Notes: a model not told the origin generated them from the sequence alone. Counted from the whole stretch's first letter, positions 26,341 to 39,949 are shown. The stretch is DNA of 62,943 bases, filler included, from Octopus bimaculoides (GCF_001194135.2; 5 parts of 4 records of this genome joined end to end with filler, not necessarily neighbours in it); one strand, 5' to 3'. Numbers and translations are program-made.

Positions 26341-27917
26341 GAGCCTATTCTACAAAATAATGTTCTAGTAATTACATATGTATGTACTCATGCATGCCCA
26401 TGACTGGTTGTATCTGCACCCTTTACCCTGCCCCCACATACATGCACTTACCATATATGTTTGCAATATGCTTTACAATATGTCTTTTTCCATATGAACC
26501 AACATCAGAACCTCTTCATGGTCACTCAACCTGCTAGAAAGAGCAGTAACGCCACCCTCAAATCCTACCTTATTTAAAAAGAAAGGGAGGGATTTATAAT
26601 AAATAGAGAATAGTCATGGTTGGAAAGCCTTGAATCATAGGTTTGCTGAATTAGGGTTAAACAATAGAACCATATTTTTGTGTTTATGATGAAAAGGAAT
26701 CTGTTGAAGGAGTTTTGGCTGCTATTTCTAACAGATTAAGTAGGTACTATTTTATCCTTTTATTTGTTTCAATCATTTGACTACAGCCATGCTGGAGCAC
26801 TGCCTTGAAGTGTTTTTAATGAATAATTCAACCCCAGGACTTGTTCTATCGGCCTCTATGTTGAACCATTAAGTTACAGGGACATAAATACACCAACAAG
26901 CAATGATGGGGAGACAAACACGGACACCAAAACAGGCACACATAGATATATACATGTATATATATATNNNNNNNNNNNNNNNNNNNNNNNNNNNNNNNNN
27001 NNNNNNNNNNNNNNNNNNNNNNNNNNNNNNNNNNNNNNNNNNNNNNNNNNNNNNNNNNNNNNNNNNNGGACAAACAAGGACAGACAAAGGGATTAAGTCG
27101 ATTGCATCGACCCCATTTCTCCCAGATTTCTACCAGGTCACCGCCTTCCTCAAGCATACTATATTGCTAAAGGTCTGGGATGACAAAGGAATAAACAATT
27201 ATGTTATAAACTTCATTATCTTACAACTGTTTCTGTTAGAAGGTGCATTGCACTTATAGTTGAGTACTTGAAACATGAAGTACAATTTATCTGGGAATGG
27301 TTTGTGAGATGAGTTTGTATAGTGATTGTTGATGTAGTTTGTGCCTGGCTTCTTTTTATTCAAATGGTAAGTATGTCATCTCATTCTTCTAATATATCTG
27401 CATGTATGTATGTATGTATGTATGCATGTATGTATGTATGTATGTATGTATGTATGTATATATTTATGTATGTATTTATATATGTGAGAATGTATATCTG
27501 TGTGTTTGTGTCACCTTGTCTTGACATCACACAATAGTTGTGAGTGTCATTCATCTCCAGTCTTCCAAGAAAACCTCTCCAGCTATGGGAAAAGATTGTT
27601 GACAGGAAGGGCTTCCAGGCATAGAAAATCAGTTTTAATAAGCTTTGTCTGACATAGCATGGAAAAGTAGACACTAAACATTGATAATGATGATGATGAT
27701 AATAGTGATGAGGATGCTTATGATGATAATGATGATGATGATGATGCTTATGATGATGCTTATGGTGAGGATAATTATTATATATGTATATATATATATA
27801 TATATATATAATATACAGATATAGGGCAGGGAATCGTCAATTAGTAATAAAATTAATAATTAACAATTTTGCCAAGTAGTTCAGTATGAAAAAACCTTTA
27901 TCGGTAAAACCATTTAT

Positions 27918-28914
27918 AATCATAAATATACAGGGATTAGCTTGAGTTGCTTCTCCAACATACTGAAAATTTAGAAATAGCAGTCAAAGAACTACTGATT
28001 CCAAACTACAAATTTTTTCTCTAACGGATGGCGATATTTATGGCACACACAGANNNNNNNNNNNNNNNNNNNNNNNNNNNNNNNNNNNNNNNNNNNNNNN
28101 NNNNNNNNNNNNNNNNNNNNNNNNNNNNNNNNNNNNNNNNNNNNNNNNNNNNNNNNNNNNNNNNNNNNNNNNNNNNNNNNNNNNNNNNNNNNNNNNNNNN
28201 NNNNNNNNNNNNNNNNNNNNNNNNNNNNNNNNNNNNNNNNNNNNNNNNNNNNNNNNNNNNNNNNNNNNNNNNNNNNNNNNNNNNNNNNNNNNNNNNNNNN
28301 NNNNNNNNNNNNNNNNNNNNNNNNNNNNNNNNNNNNNNNNNNNNNNNNNNNNNNNNNNNNNNNNNNNNNNNNNNNNNNNNNNNNNNNNNNNNNNNNNNNN
28401 NNNNNNNNNNNNNNNNNNNNNNNNNNNNNNNNNNNNNNNNNNNNNNNNNNNNNNNNNNNNNNNNNNNNNNNNNNNNNNNNNNNNNNNNNNNNNNNNNNNN
28501 NNNNNNNNNNNNNNNNNNNNNNNNNNNNNNNNNNNNNNNNNNNNNNNNNNNNNNNNNNNNNNNNNNNNNNNNNNNNNNNNNNNNNNNNNNNNNNNNNNNN
28601 NNNNNNNNNNNNNNNNNNNNNNNNNNNNNNNNNNNNNNNNNNNNNNNNNNNNNNNNNNNNNNNNNNNNNNNNNNNNNNNNNNNNNNNNNNNNNNNNNNNN
28701 NNNNNNNNNACTCTTAACCATGAAACGTCGTATCCAATTAACTAAAGGCAGGTTTGTTTTTGCTTTTCTCTTCTGTTTTTTGTTCTGTGTGTGCCATAAA
28801 TATCGCCATCCGTTAGAGAAAAAATTTGTAGTTTGGAATCAGTAGTTCTTTGACTGCTATTTCTAAATTTTCAGTATGTTGGAGAAGCAACTCAAGCTAA
28901 TCCCTGTATATTTA

Positions 28915-28917
<3 letters not shown>
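27918..28917. repeat. About 135-bp near-perfect inverted repeat bracketing an N gap
   Basis: 27918-28053 (tcataaatatacagggattagc...ggcacacacaga) is the reverse complement of 28786-28917. Confidence 0.7.
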
Positions 28918-28952
<35 letters not shown>

Positions 28953-29654
28953 CTTACTGTTTAGTTAAGGTAAGATCAATAAAAAATGTACTCTGTCCAG
29001 TGAGAAATAAGTATCATTTAATGTAAACAGTATAGAGATACGAGATATGAGCTGTGAAAGTGCTAAGAGCTAGAAGATTGCTTGGAGATACAAGGGATAT
29101 TGTAAAAATCTGCCAAGACATGTGTCTCTAAAGCAAGAAACTATTAGTAACTCATATCTTTATACTGTCTACATTAAATGATATATATATATAGATAGAT
29201 AGATAGATATAGATATTCAAAGTGTATTCCATTAGGAATGTATTAGAGTACAAGATAGAGCTTGTTCACCCTTAGAATTACCAAATAGCCAGTAGTATTC
29301 GAAGTCTAGACTTAGGCATTCATCGTGTGTGAAAAATAAAAATGAATAAATAGAGTAAAAAAGAAGGAGTACATTTAGACAGTTATTTGATAAATAGTAC
29401 ACATGTTTCGATACAACATAGACACACATATACACACATATACACAAGATTTAAATTAATCAAAGGTTTACTTGTATGATTTATATCCTGTGTGTATGTG
29501 GATCTATGTTGTATTGAAACATGTGTAGTGCTTATTAAATAGCTGTCTAAATGTACTCCTTCTTCTTGATTCTATTTATTCATTTTTATATATAAATAGA
29601 TAGATACATACATACATATATAGATAAATAGATAGAATGATAGATAGATAGATA

Positions 29655-29968
29655 GATAGATAAAACAACATTCGAGTGAGGTCGTTGCCAGTGCCACTGG
29701 ACTGGCTCCTGTGCAGGTAGCACATAAAAAATACCATTTGAGCGTGGCCGTCGCCAGTACCACCTGACTGGCCCTTGTGCCGGTGGCACATAAAAGCACC
29801 CAATACACTCTCGATGTGGTTGGTGTTAGAAAGGGCATCCAGCTGTAGTAACTCTGCCAGATCAGATTGGAGCCTGGTGCAGTCATCTGGCACGCCAGTC
29901 TTCAGTCAAACCGTCCAACCCATGCCAGCATGGAAAGTGGACGTTAAACGATGATGATGATGATGATA
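29655..29968 (+). mobile_element. RTE LINE 3' UTR and (GAT)n tail
   Basis: Tandem gtgccggtggcac...aaaagcacc units, ggtgttagaaagggcatccagctgtag, and tail catggaaagtggacgttaaacgatgatg. Confidence 0.85.
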
Positions 29969-30134
29969 TAAATAGATAAATAGCTAGACAGATAGATAAA
30001 TAGATAGGGAAGGAGGAAAGGAGAGAGAGAGGGAGGGAAAGAGGGAGAAAAAGATTTCAGTCGTAAAACGTGTAATATTTTTATTATTTTTCATGAGATA
30101 CCTTGCTAATGGTAGTTGATGTAGTTATTTTCAA

Positions 30135-30176
<42 letters not shown>

Positions 30177-30448
30177 ATTTCTCTGATATTTAGCTATTTG
30201 GAAGCTATATTATATTTTAATCTAACTGGGACAGAAACATTGAATGTAACAATTATTTTAGTTGCTCTGCATACATAATTTCAGTCTCCAAACTTTACAT
30301 TGTGCTTGTATACAAACATTTAGTAAGAATTTCAATATCAAGTTTAATATATTAACTCTATAATAAAAAAATAATTAAAGGAAAAAGAAAGAATGGTTTA
30401 TGATTTTCATTAATAGTAATAAAAGTTAATCATTTATATGTTTTTTAG

Positions 30449-30479
30449 ACCGTGTTTTGAAACACTGAAAAATTTGAAA
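30449..30479 (+). CDS. Candidate micro-exon (31 nt, PCFETLKNLK)
   Basis: atatgttttttag|ACCGTGTTTTGAAACACTGAAAAATTTGAAA|GTAAGT; only phase 2 is open, matching the preceding candidate. Confidence 0.4.
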
Positions 30480-31034
30480 GTAAGTCTTTTTTACAAAATT
30501 GCTCGAATACAAGTTGTTATTCATAGTAGCTCATAATATAAGAGATAAAAACCCCTTTAGCATTATACACATATGTCTGGTGTACATGAATTGTGAATCT
30601 GCAGTGTACAGTAGATACTTCGTTTGATTTCCATGAATGTTTTTGTTCACTTATATTTTTTTGTAAGAGGTTTGTACCCCATACTCCATATTAGGAAATA
30701 TTGTTTAAAGCTACATTTATATTCGAGCAACTACTTGAAAAAACTTACTTTTATATCGAAATCGAACCAAATTCGATGACTGGCACCCATGCCAACCTTC
30801 CTTTATTGGACATTAAACTCTGCTTGTGAAAACCTGTTGGGGCAAGTGTAATTGAAATTGAACCAAATTCGATGACTGGCACCTGTGCCAGTGGAGCGCT
30901 AAGAGCACCATCCGAGCGTGATCATTGCCAGAGCAACTGTCTGGCTTCTGTGCCGGTAGCATGTAAAAAGCACCATTTGAGAGTGATCATTACCAGCGTC
31001 GCCTTACTGGCACTTGTGGATTGCTGTAATGCTC

Positions 31035-31460
31035 TTATTTTTATTGTATTGAAAGTGTTTTACATAGAATGTGTGCAGTGCCTAGTAGTGCTATTTTCTA
31101 TATGTTATATATACTTGTTAGTCCTGGTGTTTTGTAATGTATTTGACTGAATATTTTTTTTATCATACCTAATGTGCCTTCTATGATAGGAATTGTTTCT
31201 GTTTTTAGGCTCCATATTCGAGTTACCTCTATTTCCAGATCTTTGTATTTAAAAAAATTTGTTCTGTTTCTTTTCGATAAACATTGCCATCTGTTGATAT
31301 TGATACATCAATTAGAAAGCATTTTTTTCATGGTGATCTCTGACAACTATAATGCAGCCAATTGACCTTAATTTCTCTATCTGTGTGTATTGGCATATCC
31401 CATAGTATGGTTGCTTTCTCATTTTCTGTGACCTATTCTGGCATGTGCCTATATTATTAT
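31035..31460 (-). mobile_element. REL-type (R4-like) LINE C-terminal fragment
   Basis: HMPE*VTENEKATILWDMPIHTDREIK...FLIDVSI...KYKDLEIEVTRIWSLKTETIPIIEGTLGMIKK...KIALLGTAHILCKTLSIQ*; frameshifted. Confidence 0.85.
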
Positions 31461-31838
31461 TATAATCAACCACATGTGTTATCTCAGAAACAGCTGTAAG
31501 ACTTCAAATTCACCTTACCCTAATTAAATTATTCTAAATGACTTAAAATACTCGTTCTGCCTTGGTTTTGATTTTTCCTCTAATATAATATATGTATATG
31601 CTTTATTAATAAAGCTGCAAAGACATCACAAAATTGTTACTCAGAGTTTCATATTCCTGTGAGAATTTACAAAAGAACAAAAGACGAAGATGGGTGTGTA
31701 ATCAACAAACAGCTATATTAGTTTAACGTTCGTGAAGTGAGAAAGTCTTTTACGTTTCAAGCCTACACTCTTCGCCAGAAATAAATAGGGAGAAAAAATA
31801 AAATAAAAAAAGGTTTAGTGGCTAGCGATCTATCATGG

Positions 31839-31885
<47 letters not shown>

Positions 31886-32048
31886 TTACAAATTAAAAGG
31901 GTAAAGGATTATCAATTTATTAATTAATAAATCAATTAATAATTAATACTTTTTACCAAGCCCATCGGTATGAAAGCACCATATATATATGTAAATGTCA
32001 AATAATGAGGAAGAGTGCTCAAACCCACATTGGTGGATAAAATTTCTT

Positions 32049-32250
32049 TATTTGTGTATTAAGGTTACCATTGATTTCATGTTAAGAAAATATTTTAATA
32101 TCTTAACAATTTTTCATGTTGATCACATGGAGGAATGGTGATTGTCTCTGGAGATGAACACCATTCCTCCATGTGATCAGCTTGAATAATTATTAAGATA
32201 ATGAAATATTTTCTTAACATGAAACCAGTAGTAGCCTTAACACACAAATA
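32049..32250. mobile_element. Hairpin MITE of about 200 bp
   Basis: Whole element folds back; inner 21-bp perfect stem tgatcacatggaggaatggtg / caccattcctccatgtgatca, outer ends tatttgtgtattaagg / ccttaacacacaaata. Confidence 0.75.
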
Positions 32251-33320
32251 TATATATCTGTTGATCTATATATATATGCATATATCATCATCTTCATCAT
32301 TTGTTAGCATACTCTTGAGCTTTTACACAATTCCTAGTCATTCCATTTTCACTCACAAAAGATTGCTGAACCATATATTATCGCTGAAGACACTAAATGA
32401 AATTTCAGTAAATTGGAATCGAACTCAGAACCATGTGGCTTCAGAGTGAACTTCTTAACCACTTAGCTATCATTTATTTTACTTATTTGTTTTATGAATT
32501 TTATTTACCTACACTATTGGGTTTCCCTGGACTGTCTACATTTGCTAATATTTTCTTTTTATCCATGTTGCCAGAGAGAAAACCTAAAAAACATGGATAT
32601 CTTGTTTCTGTTTATGCCAGGTTATTATTTTTTTTATATACATATTACTTTATTATATTTTATTTCATCTTTTTTTGTCATTTTATTTATTATTCAGACT
32701 GCAAAAAATTTATATTTATCAATTTATTATATTTTGTTTATATTTATTTGTTTACTTCATTGTATTTATCATTCAACGTATTTGCAGATGTATTTATATG
32801 CTCGTATATTTTGTTATTTCTCTACATACTTTAAATATATAAATATGATATATATATATATATATATATATATAAGTATGTATATACTATACTATACATT
32901 CCAGAATTATATACATATGATATAAACCAGCTGCTAAACACTAAAAATGAAGGTAATGCACATAAACTTTAAATCACATGGATAAGTATAATATACATGA
33001 TATTTTTTTCTCAGAGGTAAAAATTTTTTAAATATTGTGCAATGCACAACATATATAAGAGATATAGCACCTTTAAAAAAATTATTTATAGGAATAAAAA
33101 ATATAATACAATATAATATGTTTTTATTTATTTATGTAAGTGTGTGTGTGTGTACATGAAAATAGACCAAGATATTGCTCTGGGTTATATTGATAAAGCA
33201 TAACCTAGTAACATCTTGATTGATTGTCCAGTATCCTACTGACAATTTGTGGGGTTCATGCTGGTAGAAGGCCTATAAAATGAAAGGAAAATATAAACAT
33301 ATAAATTGAACATTTTAAAG

Positions 33321-33360
33321 TTATCTGGTGGAGACATAGATTCTGAAAGCTGCAGCAAAG
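33321..33360 (+). CDS. Candidate micro-exon (40 nt, LSGGDIDSESCSK)
   Basis: acattttaaag|TTATCTGGTGGAGACATAGATTCTGAAAGCTGCAGCAAAG|GTAAAC; only phase 0 is open, matching the preceding candidate. Confidence 0.4.
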
Positions 33361-33689
33361 GTAAACTATTTAGGTGAACAGTAATTCTAAATAAATACTT
33401 ATTCTAAAAAAATATTAATGCAGAGAAGAGGAAATTTTAAACTTTAGCAAGCAACCTCTTTAGTGCTGGTGCCACGTTGAAATATGTTCAGTTAATAATG
33501 TGCTGCAATTGGCAACAGAAAGGTAACTAGTCATAAAAATCATATAAAAAAAGAAATAAAACACACACACAAAAAAAAGACTGGTGGTTTTCTCTATTGT
33601 TTTGTGTATCAGATGCAACAAATATGGTGAGATACTGTGCTGCTATAGTCCAGTCCAGTCCATGCCAATGCTGAAGGGTCTGTTGAAAG

Positions 33690-34135
33690 GCAGCAAGCTG
33701 GCAGAAACGTTAGCACAGCGAGTGGAATGCTTAGCCGTATTTCATTTGCCATTACGTTCTGAGTTCAAATTCCGCTGAGGTTGAGTTTGCCTTTCATCCT
33801 TTCAGGGTTGATTAAATAAGTGCCAGTTACGCACTGGAGTCGATATAATCGACTTAATCCGTTTGTCTGTCTTTGTTTGTTCCCTCTATGTTTAGCCCCT
33901 TGTGGGCAATAAAGAAATAAGAAATGTTAGCACAGCGGGTGAAATGCTTAGTGGTATTTTGTCTACTGTAACATTCTGAGTTCAGATTCTGCTGAGGTTG
34001 AGTTTGGCTTACATCCTTTCGGGGTCGATTAAATAAGTACCAGTTACGCACTGAGGTCGATGTAATCGACTTAATCCCTTTGTGTGTCCTTCTTTATCCC
34101 CTCTATTTAAACCCCTGTTGGCAATAAAGAAATAA
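33690..34135 (+). mobile_element. Tandem SINE A dimer, CpG-decayed
   Basis: Two consecutive copies with junction aaagaaataagaaa|tgttagcac near 33924. Confidence 0.85.
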
Positions 34136-34274
34136 ATATGGAAAAACAAGTAATGTGAAAGGATGATGCAATATACAGAGCCTCAGTAAAAAGAAACTGC
34201 ATTTCTCATTTAATATTGCCCACAAATGGAAGTTGTTAAACAACAATGAATTAAATTACTACTTTTTTCTGAAG

Positions 34275-34305
34275 ATCTGGTGTTTCAAGATGATTATGCA
34301 ATCAT
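34275..34305 (+). CDS. Candidate micro-exon (31 nt, DLVFQDDYAI)
   Basis: acttttttctgaag|ATCTGGTGTTTCAAGATGATTATGCAATCAT|GTATCT; phase 1 open; weaker donor. Confidence 0.3.
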
Positions 34306-34462
34306 GTATCTAATGATTACCACATAACATTCTAATATTCGCTTGTGAAACACATCTGAAAATTATGTAATTTATGATATTATAATAAAGATAAACTAAA
34401 TTTCCTGTTTTATTTTGCTCTTGTATATATACATATACATACACACACACACACATACACAC

Positions 34463-34495
<33 letters not shown>

Positions 34496-34498
34496 CAA

Positions 34499-34537
<39 letters not shown>

Positions 34538-35208
34538 AATATATATATATATACGTATATATATACTTTATTAGTAAGGCTGCAAAGACATTTCAAAAAA
34601 CTATTACTCAACCAAAGCAGTCTGACAAATGGGAATGTGAATCTCAGAGTAACAATTTTTGTGATGTTTTTGCAGCTTTATTAATAAAGCATTTTACTCT
34701 ACCTCCAGTATTTGAGTACTATTTTCCCACCTTGTTTCACATTTATATGCTTACTCTGGTATATATAATTATATATATATGTATATATTTCAGCCTGTTG
34801 AATTTTCAGTGAAATTGTGACTTATTTGAATATTTTTCAACTCTTATTTCTAGTAACACTGGTACTTCATGTACCCTCAATTATAATTAATGATTAATCA
34901 TAGATTCAAAAGCTACAACAATCTCTGAACTGCACAGCACTGCACAGTGCTGAAGGTCCAATCTTCTCCATCAAGGATATGGACACAATATTCTTTTTTT
35001 ACTCTAGGCACAAGGCCTGTAATTTTTTGGGGAGGTGGCCAGTCGATTAGATCAACCTTAGTATGCAACTGGTACTTAATTTATTGACCCCGAAAGGATG
35101 AAAGGCAAAGTCGACCTCCGGGGAATTTGAACTCAGAATGTTAAGACAGGTGAAATACTGCTAAGCATTTTGCCTGACGTGCTAATGTTTCTGCCAGCTC
35201 ACCGCCTT

Positions 35209-35519
35209 ATATGAATCCAATATTGTAATAGCTTGGGATTCAAGGGACTTTAACTTTTTAATGCCCTATCACAGAACATCAGGGATCTGCAAGGTGTGGA
35301 CATGGAAGTCTTCAAAATACGTCTACACAGTTTTTTATCTACAATAATGGATGAACCCACATCACGGCAGGGGGCACCAAGAAGAGCAACAACATCCAAT
35401 GTGCTACTTCACCTGAAGCAGTACTGGAAAAATCCCTGGATGGAGTAAAGGTGGTGCACCAGCATGGCCTCAGCCTCTGGCTGAAACCCATAAAAGATAA
35501 AAGATGAAAAATAAAAGAC
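35209..35519 (+). mobile_element. CR1/L2-group LINE 3' end (ORF2 C-terminus plus tail)
   Basis: YCNSLGFKGL*LFNALSQNIRDLQGVDMEVFKIRLHSFLSTIMDEPTSRQ...ATTSNVL...E*, then aaggtggtgcaccagcatggcctcagcctctggctgaaacccataaaagataaaaga. Confidence 0.75.
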
Positions 35520-35534
35520 ATGTATCTATATATA

Positions 35535-35603
<69 letters not shown>

Positions 35604-36248
35604 GTATATATATATATATATACATATATATTATATATATTTGGATATCAGTTATGTGAAGGCACATGGCTTAGAGGTTAGGGTATTCAGCTCATGATTG
35701 TAAGGTTGTGAGTTCCATTCCTGGTGTCATGTCATGTCCTGGAGCAAGATATTTAATTCCACATTGCTCCAGTCAACTCAGTTGGCAAAAATGAGTAGTA
35801 CTTGTATTTCAAAGGGCCAGCTTTGTCACGCTGTATTATACTGAAACTCACTGGAGAATTATGTTAAGGGTACACGTGTCTGTGGAGTGCTCATCCATCC
35901 ATCCATACATACATACATACATACATATATATATGCATATATATAATAATATAGATTTAATCAAAAGATTAAATGTGGTACTTAAAATGTTTGAGGCACC
36001 AAAATTTGGTAGGGTAAAAACCAAAAACAAAATCAAGAGATTTGGTGAATAAAATTTGAAGAAAAGCAACAAAAATTCAATAGGTTATAGCAGTACGTAC
36101 GTTTCATACAGGCTTCATTTATTTATGTAGTGAAAACACTACATAAAATGTGTAATGAAAATGTACTCCTCAGCTGCATAAGGGAATTTCATTTTAGAAA
36201 GTCATTTTGTAGATGTGTGCAAAAGACAAGAGTAAGAGAAGAAAAAAA

Positions 36249-36319
36249 TACCATCTTGACTGGGCTGTTATTCAACAGTCTAGACTAGACTGTTGAATGG
36301 CAGCCCAGTCAAGATGGTA
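36249..36319. other. 71-nt near-perfect hairpin
   Basis: 34-bp stem taccatcttgactgggctgttattcaacagtcta / tagactgttgaatggcagcccagtcaagatggta with two G-U pairs and a 3-nt loop. Confidence 0.85.
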
Positions 36320-37336
36320 AATATATGNNNNNNNNNNNNNNNNNNNNNNNNNNNNNNNNNNNNNNNNNNNNNNNNNNNNNNNNNNNNNNNNNNNNNNNNN
36401 NNNNNNNNNNNNNNNNNNNNNNNNNNNNNNNNNNNNNNNNNNNNNNNNNNNNNNNNNNNNNNNNNNNNNNNNNNNNNNNNNNNNNNNNNNNNNNNNNNNN
36501 NNNNNNNNNNNNNNNNNNNNNNNNNNNNNNNNNNNNNNNNNNNNNNNNNNNNNNNNNNNNNNNNNNNNNNNNNNNNNNNNNNNNNNNNNNNNNNNNNNNN
36601 NNNNNNNNNNNNNNNNNNNNNNNNNNNNNNNNNNNNNNNNNNNNNNNNNNNNNNNNNNNNNNNNNNNNNNNNNNNNNNNNNNNNNNNNNNNNNNNNNNNN
36701 NNNNNNNNNNNNNNNNNNNNNNNNNNNNNNNNNNNNNNNNNNNNNNNNNNNNNNNNNNNNNNNNNNNNNNNNNNNNNNNNNNNNNNNNNNNNNNNNNNNN
36801 NNNNNNNNNNNNNNNNNNNNNNNNNNNNNNNNNNNNNNNNNNNNNNNNNNNNNNNNNNNNNNNNNNNNNNNNNNNNNNNNNNNNNNNNNNNNNNNNNNNN
36901 NNNNNNNNNNNNNNNNNNNNNNNNNNNNNNNNNNNNNNNNNNNNNNNNNNNNNNNNNNNNNNNNNNNNNNNNNNNNNNNNNNNNNNNNNNNNNNNNNNNN
37001 NNNNNNNNNNNNNNNNNNNNNNNNNNNNNNNNNNNNNNNNNNNNNNNNNNNNNNNNNNNNNNNNNNNNNNNNNNNNNNNNNNNNNNNNNNNNNNNNNNNN
37101 NNNNNNNNNNNCCATGGGAAGAGCTGTTTTAACGATGCGTCCTACCCAGCTCTTCGAAACGCCGGTGTTAAAAAGGGGGTAGCTGATGAAGTAGAATGTT
37201 CTCTATGTGGCTTGTGTGTTTTCTCGTCTCTGTTTTGTTTGCAATGTCCTGTACCCAGATATGCACCTATACATACAGGTGGATGTCGGTATGCACATAC
37301 CTGTACGTATATATGCATATACTCATTTACTATTTG

Positions 37337-37376
<40 letters not shown>

Positions 37377-38080
37377 TCATTATCATCTTCATCATCATCA
37401 TTTAACATATATTTCCCATGCTGGCATGAGTTGGACTGGCATGGTTGCACCAGTGATTTCACTGTACATCTATGGCAAGCCCAACACAAAACAAGAATAG
37501 AAACAACGAATATAAAATATGAACAATAATACCGGCAACTTCCTTCATTTCTCTAAAGACAGACATCTCTGGAAAGTAATTATATTTGGAAAATGGACCC
37601 TAGTACACTTGTAAATATGCTTTTTGTTTACAACAATATAAATTACATGTGGATATTAAAAATTAAATATAAGGCACAAAAATGAAATATGTGCTTTTGT
37701 GTATGTATGAGTGAATATGTTTATGTGCACGCATGACTATTTAAAAAAAATTTATTTAAGTTCCTTTGTAACTGAATAAACTGGTTGTGAACAACAAACA
37801 GAACAAATATTTCTTGTTAAAAACTTGACTACATTACGTACACGACTATGTAGGAGTGGAGTGTTTGTGTTGCATTTATGCATAGATGTATTTATATGTA
37901 TATGTGTTGGTGGGAAGATTATATATATGTGTGTGTGTGTGTGTTTATATCTGTGTGTGTATATGTATGTATATGTGTGTGTGTGTGTGTGCATAAATAT
38001 ATATAATATGTCTGTATGTATGAGTGTATATATATGCGTATATGTCTATCTGTATTGGTATGATGATGATGATGATGATG

Positions 38081-38111
<31 letters not shown>

Positions 38112-38273
38112 CATATGGAAATTTGTTATGCACTGATGCATACATCTCTTCATGCTGTGTGTGTATGTATATGTGTGTGTGCGTATATGTATGTGTACAC
38201 ACATACACACACATATATATATACACACATACAGACACAAACACACATATATATATACACATATATATACATT

Positions 38274-38317
<44 letters not shown>

Positions 38318-38565
38318 NNNNNNNNNNNNNNNNNNNNNNNNNNNNNNNNNNNNNNNNNNNNNNNNNNNNNNNNNNNNNNNNNNNNNNNNNNNNNNNNNNN
38401 NNNNNNNNNNNNNNNNNNNNNNNNNNNNNNNNNNNNNNNNNNNNNNNNNNNNNNNNNNNNNNNNNNNNNNNNNNNNNNNNNNNNNNNNNNNNNNNNNNNN
38501 NNNNNNNNNNNNNNNNNNNNNNNNNNNNNNNNNNNNNNNNNNNNNNNNNNNNNNNNNNNNNNNNN

Positions 38566-38622
<57 letters not shown>

Positions 38623-38829
38623 TGCACACATGAAATGGTATATAAAGGTGTGTGCAAAAGGTGTTTTTATATTCATTCTTTTGACATAATGACTCACAAC
38701 CAGGTGTTGGTGATCCCTCTCAGTGGGGAGTGAGAGAAGTAGGTATTAAGTTGGGGTCACAAGACCATCCCATGTTTGTATTTCTCTGAAGTCTTATCAT
38801 AGCTTGTCCTGTCATTATTAGTACGTAGG

Positions 38830-39720
38830 CATAAGGAGGTGGTGTGATGGCAGAGACATTAGCTCAATGGGCGAAATGCTTTGCAGTATTTCGTCTGGCT
38901 TTACGTTCTAAGTTCAAATTCCCCCGAGGTCGACTTTGCCTTCCATCTTTTTCAGGGTCGATAAATTAAGTACCAGTTGTATGCTGGAGTCGATCTAATC
39001 GACTGGCCCTCTCCCCTAAAATTTCAGGCCTTGTGCCTAGAGTGAAAAAGAGTATTTAAAAGCAGTGAACTGGCAGAATCGTTAGCATGCCAGGTGAAAT
39101 GCTTAGCGGTATTTCGTCAGTCTTAATGTTCTGAGTTCAAATTCCACCAAGGTCACCTTTGCCGTTCATCAGGGTTGATAAATTAAGTACCAGTTGCATA
39201 CTGGGATTGATCTAATTGACTGGCCCCCCCCTCTCCCCCCAAAATTACAGGCCTTGTGTCTGGAGAAGAAAAGATTATGAATTAGTACATAGGTATAAAC
39301 TCTGCTTGCGAAGACCTGTTGAGGCAAGTGACACGTAAAAGCACCCACTACACTCTCGGAGTGGTTGACGTTAGGAAGGGCATCCAACTGTAGAAATTCT
39401 GCCAGATCAGATTGGAGCCTGGTGCAGCCTTCTGGTTCGCCAGTCCCAGTCAAATCGTCCAACCCATGCCAGCATGGAAAGCAGATGTTAAACGAAGATG
39501 CTAATGATGATGATGCGTAAGAAGGTGGTGAGAGTGCAGAATCATTAGCACTCTGGGCAAAATGCATAGCAGCATTTCATCTGGCTTTACATTCTGAGTT
39601 CAATTTCTGCTAAGTCCAGTTTTGCCTTTCATCCTTTCAGGATCAATAAAATAAGTACTGCTTGAGTACCAGAGTTGATGTAATCCACCGAAATTGCTAG
39701 CCTTGCGCAAAAATTTGAAA
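38830..39720 (+). mobile_element. Cluster of three SINE A copies with an RTE 3' tail (39290-39515)
   Basis: Family A heads near 38835, 39062 and 39522; RTE tail with GAT repeats in between. Confidence 0.8.
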
Positions 39721-39900
39721 CCTATATATAAACATAGGCATCGACATGGCTGTGTGGCTAGAAGTTTGCTTCTCAACCATATGGTCTTGGATTCAGTTCC
39801 ACTGCACAGGACAGCACCTTGGTCAAGGGTATTCTACTATAGCCCCAGGCTATCCATGTGAGTGGATTTGTTACAAGAAAACTGAAAGAAGTCCATTGTG

Positions 39901-39949
<49 letters not shown>

